From Cyanobacteria bacterium P01_F01_bin.150 (GTDB taxonomy: Bacteria > Cyanobacteriota > Cyanobacteriia > CAKZMO01), in contig JBCCYL010000020.1 of the NCBI GenBank assembly GCA_039189765.1, positions 18,280-82,279 on the forward strand: DNA of 64,000 nt. Reading direction: 5' to 3'. Under the pieces are notes generated by a model. It made no database searches and was not told where the DNA came from. It worked only from the letters and a program-made list of their open reading frames with translations. Of this stretch, positions 10,259-19,314 are shown in pieces; the stretch's first letter is position 1, and the number at the start of each line of letters is the position of its first letter. The position numbers and the translations under genes are program-made.

Positions 10259-13000
10259 TTAGGGAAGTGTTTCTGTTGGTTCATCGGTCAGACCGTCATA
10301 TTCTTCGACTCCGAGGGAGGATAATGGGCTGCGCAGCAGGAGATTTTCCGCTAATGTTTGATACTCGTTGGGAGCCAGATTCTGGGTTCGATTCATACAG
10401 ATGGATAGAAGTTTAGCGGCATCATAATAGGCTCGCAGTAAGGACTTATCTGATTCTGTAAATTCCCATTGGCATCTCAAGTCGTAGCGGCTCTTCATAA
10501 ATCTGGCAACTTTTCCGTGCCAAAACTGCCGTCGATGATGCCACCAATCCTGAGGAATCGAATGGTTCGCTAGCTGACGGTGAATCATTTCCAACCAGCC
10601 AGCAATATGATTTTCCAAGGCTGGATCGTGCTGTATGGATTTATAAATAGACTCCACCAGGCGGATAAAACCATCAGCTCCATACCGCCCCGACGTTTCC
10701 TGTACTCGATAATTCCGAGAAGAGGCCATTGGCATCATGGTCAGCCCTTCGGCCAAGTCATCGAAGCTATCATTTGATGGCTCTGGCTCTTGCATAGGCT
10801 CAGCAAGCGTTGCATGATAAGCCTGATAAAACAGTCGATGAAGATCCAGGCTTTTGCTGCGAATGACACTGGTGGCATAGTCAAAGTCAGGAAATTCGAA
10901 CTTGGAAGACACCGCCCCGATATTTTGAGTGGTCATCGGATTATCCAGGGTTGAGACAAAATACCAAGCCCGCAACAGGGTTTGAGAGTAGGAGCGTCGG
11001 CTATTTACTTCGGACCGAATGGCGATCGCCATTGAATCCACCCAATTCAAAAATGCCTGGATTTTGCCATTTGATGCCACTAGTTGACATAGCGCATGCT
11101 GGTACCCCAAGAAAAAAGCATTCGTCTGACTAGCGGACAGCAATTCAGCCACCAACTCAATGACAAATCGCCACTGGGAATCAGTGATACGTTGGTGAAC
11201 AAGCGCATGCTGATTCGTTTTTACCAAATATTCGGCAGTGAAATATTCTTGAAACGTCAAGTGAGAAAAAGAGCAATAGTTCGAGGCCTGTTGAATCATC
11301 AATCCATAGGTCACCTCTATGTCTTCGATTAGCTTACGGGCAGGCGGTGCGGCTCCACCTATTCCTGGTGAAGCCGCTGGTCCGTTTGGTAAAGGCCAGG
11401 GCGGACTGACATTATTAGGTGGGGATAAAGATGGCTGAGAAAAAGATGACGGAGGTAAAGATTGCGGTGGAAACGAGCCGTTTGATGATGTTCGGGACAA
11501 CGACATCTGAGATTGAAAAAAATCTTGAATCTTACGCTCCACCTCTTTGCGATCAAACAGCGTTTGAGGATGGGGTCGCAAAAAGAAATCGGCAGCGATC
11601 GCTTGCAGCAGATCTCGGGTTCGTTCAATACTGAGTTGACTCAGGGTACTGTTGGTCCGATGCTTGCGAGATTCCTCTTTCAGCAAGCTTTCCAATCCCC
11701 AGTCATACACCCCTGCGCGGGTGCTAGGAAAGGTATCATGGTCTTGAAAAACGCGACATAAAAGGTCTAACAACAACGGTGTGCGAGTCAACTCACCAAA
11801 GTTAATGTGGCGTCTGAGGCGATCGCTAAATTTTCGTTCCATCCTGGCATCTGCCGTGGAGGCTTGAAACCATCGCTTTACGTACAGTGCTCGCTGCTTG
11901 GCATTAAAGGGAGCAATCACTGTCTTTTGAAAGCCATCGGCAAAGCCCAGCCGTAGAGCTAAGCGACAGCTAAACGCATAGTAGCCATTAAAAGAGCGAT
12001 TGAGGACTTCCTCCACATGACGATCCACCGTTTCTCGCATGGCCCCAGGCACTTCGTCTAACCCATCCAGCAGTAAAAAGATACGGCTTTCCTGAAACAA
12101 AGCATAGCTAATAGAATCTACGTCCCGTACGCCACAGCCCACCAGATAATCCTCAATAAAGCTGTAGAGATTTTTGTGCAGTGCTTGGGGCGCGAAGGCC
12201 CGCATTGAGATAAATACAGGAACACAATGGGGTAAAAAATCACCCCGGTTACATTGAATCGCCAGCCACTTAAGATAGCTCGTTTTGCCACAGCCAGGGC
12301 TGGCATAGACCAATAATCGCCGTCTTTCCTCAATCAGCGTTTTCCCTTTGACCTGTACATCATACTGAGGCACAATCCCCATTCGATCAAAGTTAGCCTC
12401 ATCGATCTCTCCGGTAAGCAATGACGACGCTTTAAACTGTTCTGAGGGCAGATAGCTAATAGTGTAAAGGCTGGGTTCCACTAAGTTATCAATGGATTGG
12501 CTCCGTGACATCCTCACCGTGCCGCACTCTCTTTCAATTCGAGACGCAACCTGTTGACGAATGTCCTTTACTAGACCATTGATTCTCTCTTGCTGCATTT
12601 GGAAATGATTACCCCTGACCTCATGCACCGGAGACTGATTGTTTCTGCTTCCCTGTGTGGAAGAGCGATCGGGTATTGCACTCTGCACTGAAAAGCGATC
12701 GCGTCTTACTGGCTGTGATTGAAGGCGATCGCCCCCATTCTCTCCTGAATCAACGGTACAGACCTCTTCCCAACTTAGATTGAGGGCAGTACAGATGCCA
12801 TCAATAGTATCAAAAGTACAGGCTTTGCCCTTATCTAATGCATTAGCAATGGTGTGACGATGAACGCCTGCAAGAGAGCTCAAATAAGCTTTATATCGAT
12901 CCTCACGCCCAAGAGATGCCTTGGCAAGTTGCTTGGCGATCGTCAACACCCGCCGCCGACCGTGCTCTGAAAACTTTAATTGTTTCGGAAAATCTGACAT
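10259..13000 (-). CDS. NACHT-family (STAND) NTPase with N-terminal HTH-like region and NCH2-like C-terminal helical domain
   Basis: Walker A ASPGCGKT, Walker B FLLLDGLDE, TPLLL, FSHLTFQEYFTA, C-terminal WEFT...LLRAYYDAAKLLSICMN; start may lie upstream (ORF track 13072). Confidence 0.88.
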   Translation of the reverse strand: MSDFPKQLKFSEHGRRRVLTIAKQLAKASLGREDRYKAYLSSLAGVHRHTIANALDKGKACTFDTIDGICTALNLSWEEVCTVDSGENGGDRLQSQPVRRDRFSVQSAIPDRSSTQGSRNNQSPVHEVRGNHFQMQQERINGLVKDIRQQVASRIERECGTVRMSRSQSIDNLVEPSLYTISYLPSEQFKASSLLTGEIDEANFDRMGIVPQYDVQVKGKTLIEERRRLLVYASPGCGKTSYLKWLAIQCNRGDFLPHCVPVFISMRAFAPQALHKNLYSFIEDYLVGCGVRDVDSISYALFQESRIFLLLDGLDEVPGAMRETVDRHVEEVLNRSFNGYYAFSCRLALRLGFADGFQKTVIAPFNAKQRALYVKRWFQASTADARMERKFSDRLRRHINFGELTRTPLLLDLLCRVFQDHDTFPSTRAGVYDWGLESLLKEESRKHRTNSTLSQLSIERTRDLLQAIAADFFLRPHPQTLFDRKEVERKIQDFFQSQMSLSRTSSNGSFPPQSLPPSSFSQPSLSPPNNVSPPWPLPNGPAASPGIGGAAPPARKLIEDIEVTYGLMIQQASNYCSFSHLTFQEYFTAEYLVKTNQHALVHQRITDSQWRFVIELVAELLSASQTNAFFLGYQHALCQLVASNGKIQAFLNWVDSMAIAIRSEVNSRRSYSQTLLRAWYFVSTLDNPMTTQNIGAVSSKFEFPDFDYATSVIRSKSLDLHRLFYQAYHATLAEPMQEPEPSNDSFDDLAEGLTMMPMASSRNYRVQETSGRYGADGFIRLVESIYKSIQHDPALENHIAGWLEMIHRQLANHSIPQDWWHHRRQFWHGKVARFMKSRYDLRCQWEFTESDKSLLRAYYDAAKLLSICMNRTQNLAPNEYQTLAENLLLRSPLSSLGVEEYDGLTDEPTETLP

Positions 13001-13392
13001 GCTAAGAGAGATACACCCGGCCCTGACATTATTTTCGGCAACAAACCCTTTCAAATGTGTTCCTAAAAACAATGTTTCTTAATTAAGCACCATAGCGCTG
13101 CAATTGCGCTTTTGGTACTGTTTTGTAGGAATTTGTAGGAATGCAGTAGGTTAGGGTCCATGGGCGAACTAGTTTAGAATCAAAAAGCGCCAGCCAAAAA
13201 TTAATTTTTATTACATTTCTCCTGTCGAAACTGTCGATCGACAGAAATGGTGAGCCACTACTTTTGGAGAATAAAGGTGTGGCGATCGTCTTGGGAACCA
13301 AGAACTCCCCCTTTCTAACTCCTATAGGGTTCCAAAGGCGATCCTACATCCCTGTGATTTAAATTCCATCAGCTAAATGGAGAGTGTGCCCC

Positions 13393-13593
13393 ATGAATAA
13401 CGCACTGATTGCTGTCGATCAACAAGCGACTATCTGCCGTATTTTGCGAGACGGCTGGGAATGGCAAGTAAGGTTTCAAGGAACATATTGGACCGCCAGA
13501 GCCGCAGATGCTGCTGCTCGTTTTCACATTAATGACCGCGTTTATGTCGTTGGCCGGGAGAACTTGATCCTCCTAATTCAACCGCTCACTTGA
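13393..13593 (+). CDS. Small NfeD-like (C-terminal OB-fold) protein
   Basis: WQVRFQGTYWTARA...DRVYVVGRENLILLIQP pattern. Confidence 0.75.
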   Translation: MNNALIAVDQQATICRILRDGWEWQVRFQGTYWTARAADAAARFHINDRVYVVGRENLILLIQPLT

Positions 13594-13695
13594 GCAGTGT
13601 TTGCCTAATTTCGTCATTGCGGCAGTGGAGCACTAGGGTGGCTCCACAGAGTGCAAGGTTTTCAAGATTTTAATGATGCTACCGGAATTAATCCC

Positions 13696-13911
13696 ATGAC
13701 GTATTCTTCTCAGCCATTTTCTACTGCTAACTCTCATCTCGAATGTCCTAGCTGCGGCAAGCACAGCATTGTTCAACATAAAGAAACGCACTACATTTGC
13801 CTATCCTGTAATTGGGAAAAGGACATTGCAGAGCCTCCAGCCAAATCGCCCGGACCCAGCCCTTTGCCATTTTGGTTGGCAACGGCTGTGATTTTTCTGC
13901 TGTTAATATAG
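13696..13911 (+). CDS. Small Zn-ribbon protein with C-terminal membrane anchor
   Basis: CPSCG...CLSC plus hydrophobic C-terminus. Confidence 0.65.
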   Translation: MTYSSQPFSTANSHLECPSCGKHSIVQHKETHYICLSCNWEKDIAEPPAKSPGPSPLPFWLATAVIFLLLI

Positions 13912-13979
13912 GGGACTTGCAGAAAAATCACATACCAATTTTGCGTAGGATAGACTACTACTGTAGTGAGCGGTATTCG

Positions 13980-14990
13980 TTAGCGATCGCGTCTATCTCC
14001 ACTCCGTCTTCTACGTCTTGAGGAACGTCTATCGGTTGGATAATCGTCCCACTGCTTAGGAGATAGTTGATAGCGATCACGTTGTGGGGGTTCATCAAAT
14101 CGACCCCCTAGCCGCCTCTGCTGGTAACGATTGTCTGCATATCGGTCATCCTTATAGCGATCGTCTCTACGGCGATCGCCTGCATATCGGTCGTCCTCAT
14201 AGTGACTACCAGCAGGGGGATTACTATATCGGTTCCTATCGTAATTATCTCGATAAACTTCATCACGATAGTCTTCCTCTCGATAACGATCGTCCTGGTA
14301 TCGATTATCGGAACGCGATCGCCTTTGGTCGGCATCCTGCCAGCCCCGTCGCTGTAGCTGTTGACTGACCTGTTTAAAAGCATCCCGTTGGACGTAAGGA
14401 TAGTCGCTGACCCACACAGTACTGTCCGCGACATAGACATCGGAAATTTTGGCAAAGCGTCCCAAATCCGGCCGACTAGACACCACCACCATTTCCACGG
14501 CATCGCCTCGCCGAATGGATTGATGGTCGCGATTGAGGGGCACGTTCACCACAGTATTAAAACCAGTGTCATCTCCGATTTCAAGATTCAGACGTTTTTC
14601 CCGATTTTCTTTGACCACGAGTTCACCCCGCTTATTGACAGTTTCCCCCGTACTGACTAATTCATCCGTCACAAATTTATCCAGGACTTCGCCCCGCCAA
14701 AATCCACTGTACTTGTATTGACGATATTCCCAGTTGCGTTTACTCGCCAAGAAAATAGGTCCCCACAGCCAGTAGCACCCGGCAATAATCCCCGCAATCA
14801 GCCGAAATGCTGGGCCAAAGGTTTCTCCTAAAAAATATCCCACAATCACCGCCGCAATCACCGCCGCAAAAGATACTAGCAATCGCTGGAGGCAACCGGA
14901 AAAGCTTCCCCATGTATACCGATATTGCGCCCCTGTTGCGGCCAGGGGAACAAGCTCCTCAAATTTTTCACGACTCAAGGGAATCAACAT
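13980..14990 (-). CDS. Conserved cyanobacterial two-TM hypothetical protein with D/R/Y-rich tail
   Basis: MLIPLSREKFEELVP..ATGAQY, YSGFWRGEVLD, WVSDYPY; low-complexity C-terminus. Confidence 0.75.
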   Translation of the reverse strand: MLIPLSREKFEELVPLAATGAQYRYTWGSFSGCLQRLLVSFAAVIAAVIVGYFLGETFGPAFRLIAGIIAGCYWLWGPIFLASKRNWEYRQYKYSGFWRGEVLDKFVTDELVSTGETVNKRGELVVKENREKRLNLEIGDDTGFNTVVNVPLNRDHQSIRRGDAVEMVVVSSRPDLGRFAKISDVYVADSTVWVSDYPYVQRDAFKQVSQQLQRRGWQDADQRRSRSDNRYQDDRYREEDYRDEVYRDNYDRNRYSNPPAGSHYEDDRYAGDRRRDDRYKDDRYADNRYQQRRLGGRFDEPPQRDRYQLSPKQWDDYPTDRRSSRRRRRSGDRRDR

Positions 14991-15058
14991 GGGTTCTTAG
15001 TCCTTTCTCAATCCTTTGGAAACTTGCTCAATACTCCAATTCACTTCTATTCTACTGT

Positions 15059-16501
15059 TTATCCTATTTGTTCAGATTGTCCAGACAACCGTTTCTGTAC
15101 CGACAACAAGCCAAGAATTAATGCAACTGAGCACGCTAGGGCAATCCAGAACTGATGGGCGATCGCCTCTCCTTGATCCAGCATCCAGCCCCCCAGCGTT
15201 GGCCCAATAAAGTAGCCGATGGCCCAACATTGGGAATTGACCGAAAAATAGATGCCCCGAAGAGATTCAGGCGCAATCTCCACGATGTAGGCAGAGGCCG
15301 CAGGTAGATAGATAACCGTAGCGATCGCCATCATCGCCAACGTTAGCCCTGCCCAGACAAATACACCAACCGTGGCGATGCCGGTGATAAATACTCCACA
15401 AAAGCTAATGCCCCAAGCAAGGGCAGAAATTCCTAACACCCATAGCCGCTTGTATCGATTCATCCAGCGGGAAACAGGAAGCTGGAGCAACGCCGTTAAC
15501 ACTAAATTCCAGGTAAACAACAAGCCAATCAGGGCGGTGGATAATCCGGTTGGCTCCACCGATGTTCCCATGATTTCGACCGTTTCGAACGCATTGACGG
15601 TCGTAAGTGTTGCGATAGAGACAGAGTCCAGTACTCCGGTTGATTGGACAAATCGACTGAAGTACAGCGGCAGGGTGGCTTGGCCCTGGGCCATATACAT
15701 GGTCAAAACACTGTTGATCACCACAAAGAGCTGGAGGCGGCGATCGCGCAACGCCATACTCCATCCTTGCCAAACTGTTGTTGCGGAATTAAATGCTTCG
15801 CTGGAATGGGTTTCGGAGATGGCCCAATAAATCAAGCCAAAGAATATTAAGTAAGTTACACCGTCAACCACAAACAGCGCTCGATACAGCCCCGTTAGCT
15901 CAATCAGCGCTCCCCCCAGCACAATCCCGACACTTAAGCCCACATGATCAGCCCAGCGAACCAGGGCAAAGGCTTCATTCCGTTCTTGGTCAGTGGTGAG
16001 GTCCGCAACCATTGCTTCGGTGGCAGGCCAGTAGAGACCAATGCCAAAGCCCATCAGAATATTGCCGAGAATAAAGTTGGGAAAATTAAACGCAAGGGAA
16101 AGTACTAGGTCGGCGATCGCGGAAATTGCCGCCGACCAGAGTAAAATGCTGCGACGCCCCCAACGGGGAGAGTCGGCCCCAGTTCCACCCAAAAATCGAC
16201 CGAGTACGCCAGCAATGGACCCACTCCCAATGCCAATTCCCACCGCAGTGGCGGATAGTCCCACTTGGTTGGCAAAGAAAATTGGCGCATAAACAAACGT
16301 AAAACCATTGCCGATTTGAGAGAGCAATCGTCCCCACGCCAAAATCCAAACTCTATGGTCCAATTTAGGAAGTCCTTTCTGAACAACGGTCCAGACCCCA
16401 CGCCGAATAGTTTTGAACAAAGAAGCTCCATCCCAGAAAAAAGAGTACTGCTTTATTCTCTCTTCAATTGGTGTTCCAAGGCCGCCTACTGGGTACAACA
16501 A
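15059..16501 (-). CDS. MFS transporter (start codon uncertain)
   Basis: About 12 hydrophobic helices; motif A-like GGTGADSPRWGRR. Confidence 0.88.
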   Translation of the reverse strand: MLYPVGGLGTPIEERIKQYSFFWDGASLFKTIRRGVWTVVQKGLPKLDHRVWILAWGRLLSQIGNGFTFVYAPIFFANQVGLSATAVGIGIGSGSIAGVLGRFLGGTGADSPRWGRRSILLWSAAISAIADLVLSLAFNFPNFILGNILMGFGIGLYWPATEAMVADLTTDQERNEAFALVRWADHVGLSVGIVLGGALIELTGLYRALFVVDGVTYLIFFGLIYWAISETHSSEAFNSATTVWQGWSMALRDRRLQLFVVINSVLTMYMAQGQATLPLYFSRFVQSTGVLDSVSIATLTTVNAFETVEIMGTSVEPTGLSTALIGLLFTWNLVLTALLQLPVSRWMNRYKRLWVLGISALAWGISFCGVFITGIATVGVFVWAGLTLAMMAIATVIYLPAASAYIVEIAPESLRGIYFSVNSQCWAIGYFIGPTLGGWMLDQGEAIAHQFWIALACSVALILGLLSVQKRLSGQSEQIG

Positions 16502-16633
16502 TCGTCACATCTCTTGCTACAAAATCAATTGATTTTTCTACAATAGCTATAGACATTCAGAAAATATTTCGTGATTGTGAGCAGTTTATCGTTCACTTCC
16601 GAAACGTTGGCCACAGCGAAGGAAACAAACTAT

Positions 16634-17131
16634 ATGAACAAAACTAATTCAGGTACGGCTTATCTGTTGTGGCTGCTCTGCATGTTTGGGATTTGTGGAG
16701 GACAACGCTTTTATACAGGAAATATTGTCGGTGGCATTATTTATCTGTGTACCTTTGGCATCTTTGGCATTGGGCAACTCGTCGATCTCGTATTGATACC
16801 TGGCATGGTAAGCCGACGCAATACTTATCTGCGGGGTCTAGAGTATGGGCAGCGCATTGAACAAGTGGCATTCACGGTTGAGAACCTGGGCCATGCCCCT
16901 ATGAATACAAACTCTAAGGAAACAAATGCTAAACCATTATCCCCACTGCATATTCTTCTAAAAGCGGCTCAAGATCACGACGGCGCATTATCATTTGCCC
17001 AAGCAACAATGTACACGAAGCTAGATCCCAAAGAAGTAAAGCAGCTCCTACATGAAGCAGAGAAAGATGGAATAACCGAAATTGGAAACGATCCCACCAC
17101 CGGAGCTATTCGTTATTACTTTGATGTATAA
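16634..17131 (+). CDS. TM2/NINE-domain membrane protein with C-terminal helical domain
   Basis: AYLLWLLCMFGICGGQRFYTG...TFGIFGIGQLVDLVLIP; GNDPTTGAIRY end. Confidence 0.85.
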   Translation: MNKTNSGTAYLLWLLCMFGICGGQRFYTGNIVGGIIYLCTFGIFGIGQLVDLVLIPGMVSRRNTYLRGLEYGQRIEQVAFTVENLGHAPMNTNSKETNAKPLSPLHILLKAAQDHDGALSFAQATMYTKLDPKEVKQLLHEAEKDGITEIGNDPTTGAIRYYFDV

Positions 17132-17307
17132 GTCGCAGTGCCCACCACATACACACACGCATATGGCATTCGCTTGAAAGTATTCACAAAAAAAAGGACA
17201 TACTGGAGCATGCCCTCTTCCGAACCAAACTTAAGCGGTAAGAGACAAGCAATAGACCAAGCTAGCCAAAGAGCTTGAACCCAGCTTAACCGAACCAACT
17301 TTCAGGA

Positions 17308-17583
17308 TTAGCCCCCTGCAACGGCGGGGACGATACTGACCTCATCACCATCATTGAGTTCAGTTTCCGCATTCTGCAAAAAGCGAATATCTTCCTCATT
17401 CACATAGAAATTGATAAAGCGACGCAAAGTGCCGGATTCATCGCAAAGACGTGCTTTGATACCGGGGCATTTAGTGTCCAATGAATCCATAAGCTCATTG
17501 ATATTGGCACCATCACACTCAACGGTCGCCTGATTTTGGGTGAACTTTTGTAGGGGAGTTGGAATTAAAACTTTAACGGTCAT
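17308..17583 (-). CDS. MoaD/ThiS-family (CysO-like) ubiquitin-fold sulfur carrier protein
   Basis: 91 aa, VKVLIPTPL...[16 protein letters not shown]...PAVAGG with C-terminal GG. Confidence 0.9.
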   Translation of the reverse strand: MTVKVLIPTPLQKFTQNQATVECDGANINELMDSLDTKCPGIKARLCDESGTLRRFINFYVNEEDIRFLQNAETELNDGDEVSIVPAVAGG

Positions 17584-17620
17584 GGTGAGATACTTAACAG
17601 TATAGATGTACAAAAATTGA

Positions 17621-18943
17621 TTAAACGCCAGTTTGCTGCCACTCCAGGCTGTCAAGCGTTTGAGCACGCTCCCATGCTGCTTCAAACGCGGCCAATTTTG
17701 GATCAATGGTCAATGGCTCACCAATATAGCCCTGTACAGCTTCCTGAGTCTTTAACCCATTTCCAGTAATGTAAGCGACGGTCGTCTCATCTGGATCGAT
17801 TTTGCCTGCCTCCACTAGCTTCTTCAACACGGCGATAGTGGTACCTCCAGCAGTCTCAGTGAAGATTCCTTCGGTCTCGGCTAGAAGCTTCATCCCGTCC
17901 ACAATCTCAGGGTCAGTCACATCTTCAATATTGCCGTTGGTCTTGCGAGCAATATCAAGAGCATAGATACCGTCAGCAGGATTACCAATCGCGATGGACT
18001 TTGCAATGGTGTTGGGCTTCACAGGCGCAACAAAATCGAGACCTTCTTTAAATGCCTTAGAAATGGGAGAACAGCCTTCCGCCTGAGCACCGCTAAAGCG
18101 AACCGCTTTGTCCTCAATTAAACCCACTTTAACAAACTCCTTAAAGCCCTTATAAATCTTAGTAAACAAGGAGCCAGAAGCCAATGGAGCCACAATATGA
18201 TCCGGCAACTGCCAACCTAACTGTTCAACGACCTCATAGCCTAGGGTCTTAGATCCTTCAGAGTAGTAAGGGCGTAGGTTAATGTTGACAAATCCCCAAC
18301 CGTGTGAGTTGGCAACCTCGGAACAAAGACGATTGACCTGATCATAGTTGCCGCGCACTGCCATCAGCGTGGGATTGTAAATCAGGGTTCCCAGGATTTT
18401 GCCAGCTTCTAAATCAGACGGAATAAACACACAGCACTCTAACCCTGCATGGGCAGCGATCGCAGCTGTTGAGTTCGCCAAGTTTCCAGTACTGGCACAG
18501 GAAACAGTCGTAAACCCTAACTCTTTTGCGCGGGTTAATGCAATAGATACGACCCGATCCTTAAAGCTCAAGGTGGGCATATTGACCGCATCATTTTTAA
18601 TGTACAGATTTTTCAATCCCAAACGGCGTGCCAGACGGTCAGCCTTCAATAGCGGTGTCATGCCCGTACCAACATCAATGGGAGTGCTAGTGTTCACCGG
18701 TAAAAATGGTCGGTAGCGCCATATAGAGTTTGGGCCTGCTTCAATCGTTTCGCGAGACACTAGATTGCGAATAACATCATAGTCATAGGTAACCTCTAGA
18801 GGACCAAAGCACTCTTCGCAGACGTGCAGTGCTTTTGCTTCATATGTCTGGCCACATTCACGACAACAAAGCTTAGAGAAAGTAATCTGTTCAGAGAACT
18901 GGGCCGAGAATGGATTTTGGGGACGGTCAATGGCTTGAGTCAT
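17621..18943 (-). CDS. thrC: Threonine synthase-like PLP enzyme (possibly O-phosphohomoserine sulfhydrylase)
   Basis: N-terminal CxxC..CxxC, PTLSFKDR (PLP lysine), [19 protein letters not shown]. Confidence 0.88.
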   Translation of the reverse strand: MTQAIDRPQNPFSAQFSEQITFSKLCCRECGQTYEAKALHVCEECFGPLEVTYDYDVIRNLVSRETIEAGPNSIWRYRPFLPVNTSTPIDVGTGMTPLLKADRLARRLGLKNLYIKNDAVNMPTLSFKDRVVSIALTRAKELGFTTVSCASTGNLANSTAAIAAHAGLECCVFIPSDLEAGKILGTLIYNPTLMAVRGNYDQVNRLCSEVANSHGWGFVNINLRPYYSEGSKTLGYEVVEQLGWQLPDHIVAPLASGSLFTKIYKGFKEFVKVGLIEDKAVRFSGAQAEGCSPISKAFKEGLDFVAPVKPNTIAKSIAIGNPADGIYALDIARKTNGNIEDVTDPEIVDGMKLLAETEGIFTETAGGTTIAVLKKLVEAGKIDPDETTVAYITGNGLKTQEAVQGYIGEPLTIDPKLAAFEAAWERAQTLDSLEWQQTGV

Positions 18944-19097
18944 GGTTCGGATATATGGATAGAAAACGCAAATCTTTTTTGATGTGATAACGGCTTAGAC
19001 AAAACCCTCAAGTATAACGATTAGGGATTCTAATTCTGCCACCGTGAAATATCGACGATAGCAACGCTATTCGCATTTCAATTCACAAGCTGCATGG

Positions 19098-19154
19098 ATA
19101 GTAACACGGTGAAAAAAATCTCGTCAAACATACCCGACCAAAAAGGTCGGGATT
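19098..19154 (-). promoter_or_regulatory. Putative sigma70-type promoter (TTGACG-N18-TACTAT) for thrC with adjacent IscR/Rrf2-type palindrome at 19130-19154
   Basis: Perfect inverted repeat CCCGACC-AAAAA-GGTCGGG immediately upstream of the -35 hexamer. Confidence 0.6.
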
Positions 19155-19314
19155 AAAATTTAGGTTGGTTTTAACTTGACAAACGGCAAGATGGGCGATC
19201 GCATCCTTTATGATGTTGTCTTGATACACTGCATCTGAATGTCTAGCCATCGCGCTTAATGCAGATGTATTGCTATCGGACACATTCCATTCTAGGTTCA
19301 GGTAAATTGACAAT

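Noticed and set aside
17220..17297. Possible highly diverged copy of the 80-bp element between the TM2 gene and the sulfur carrier
   Set aside because: Similar nested-hairpin layout but too little sequence identity to call by eye
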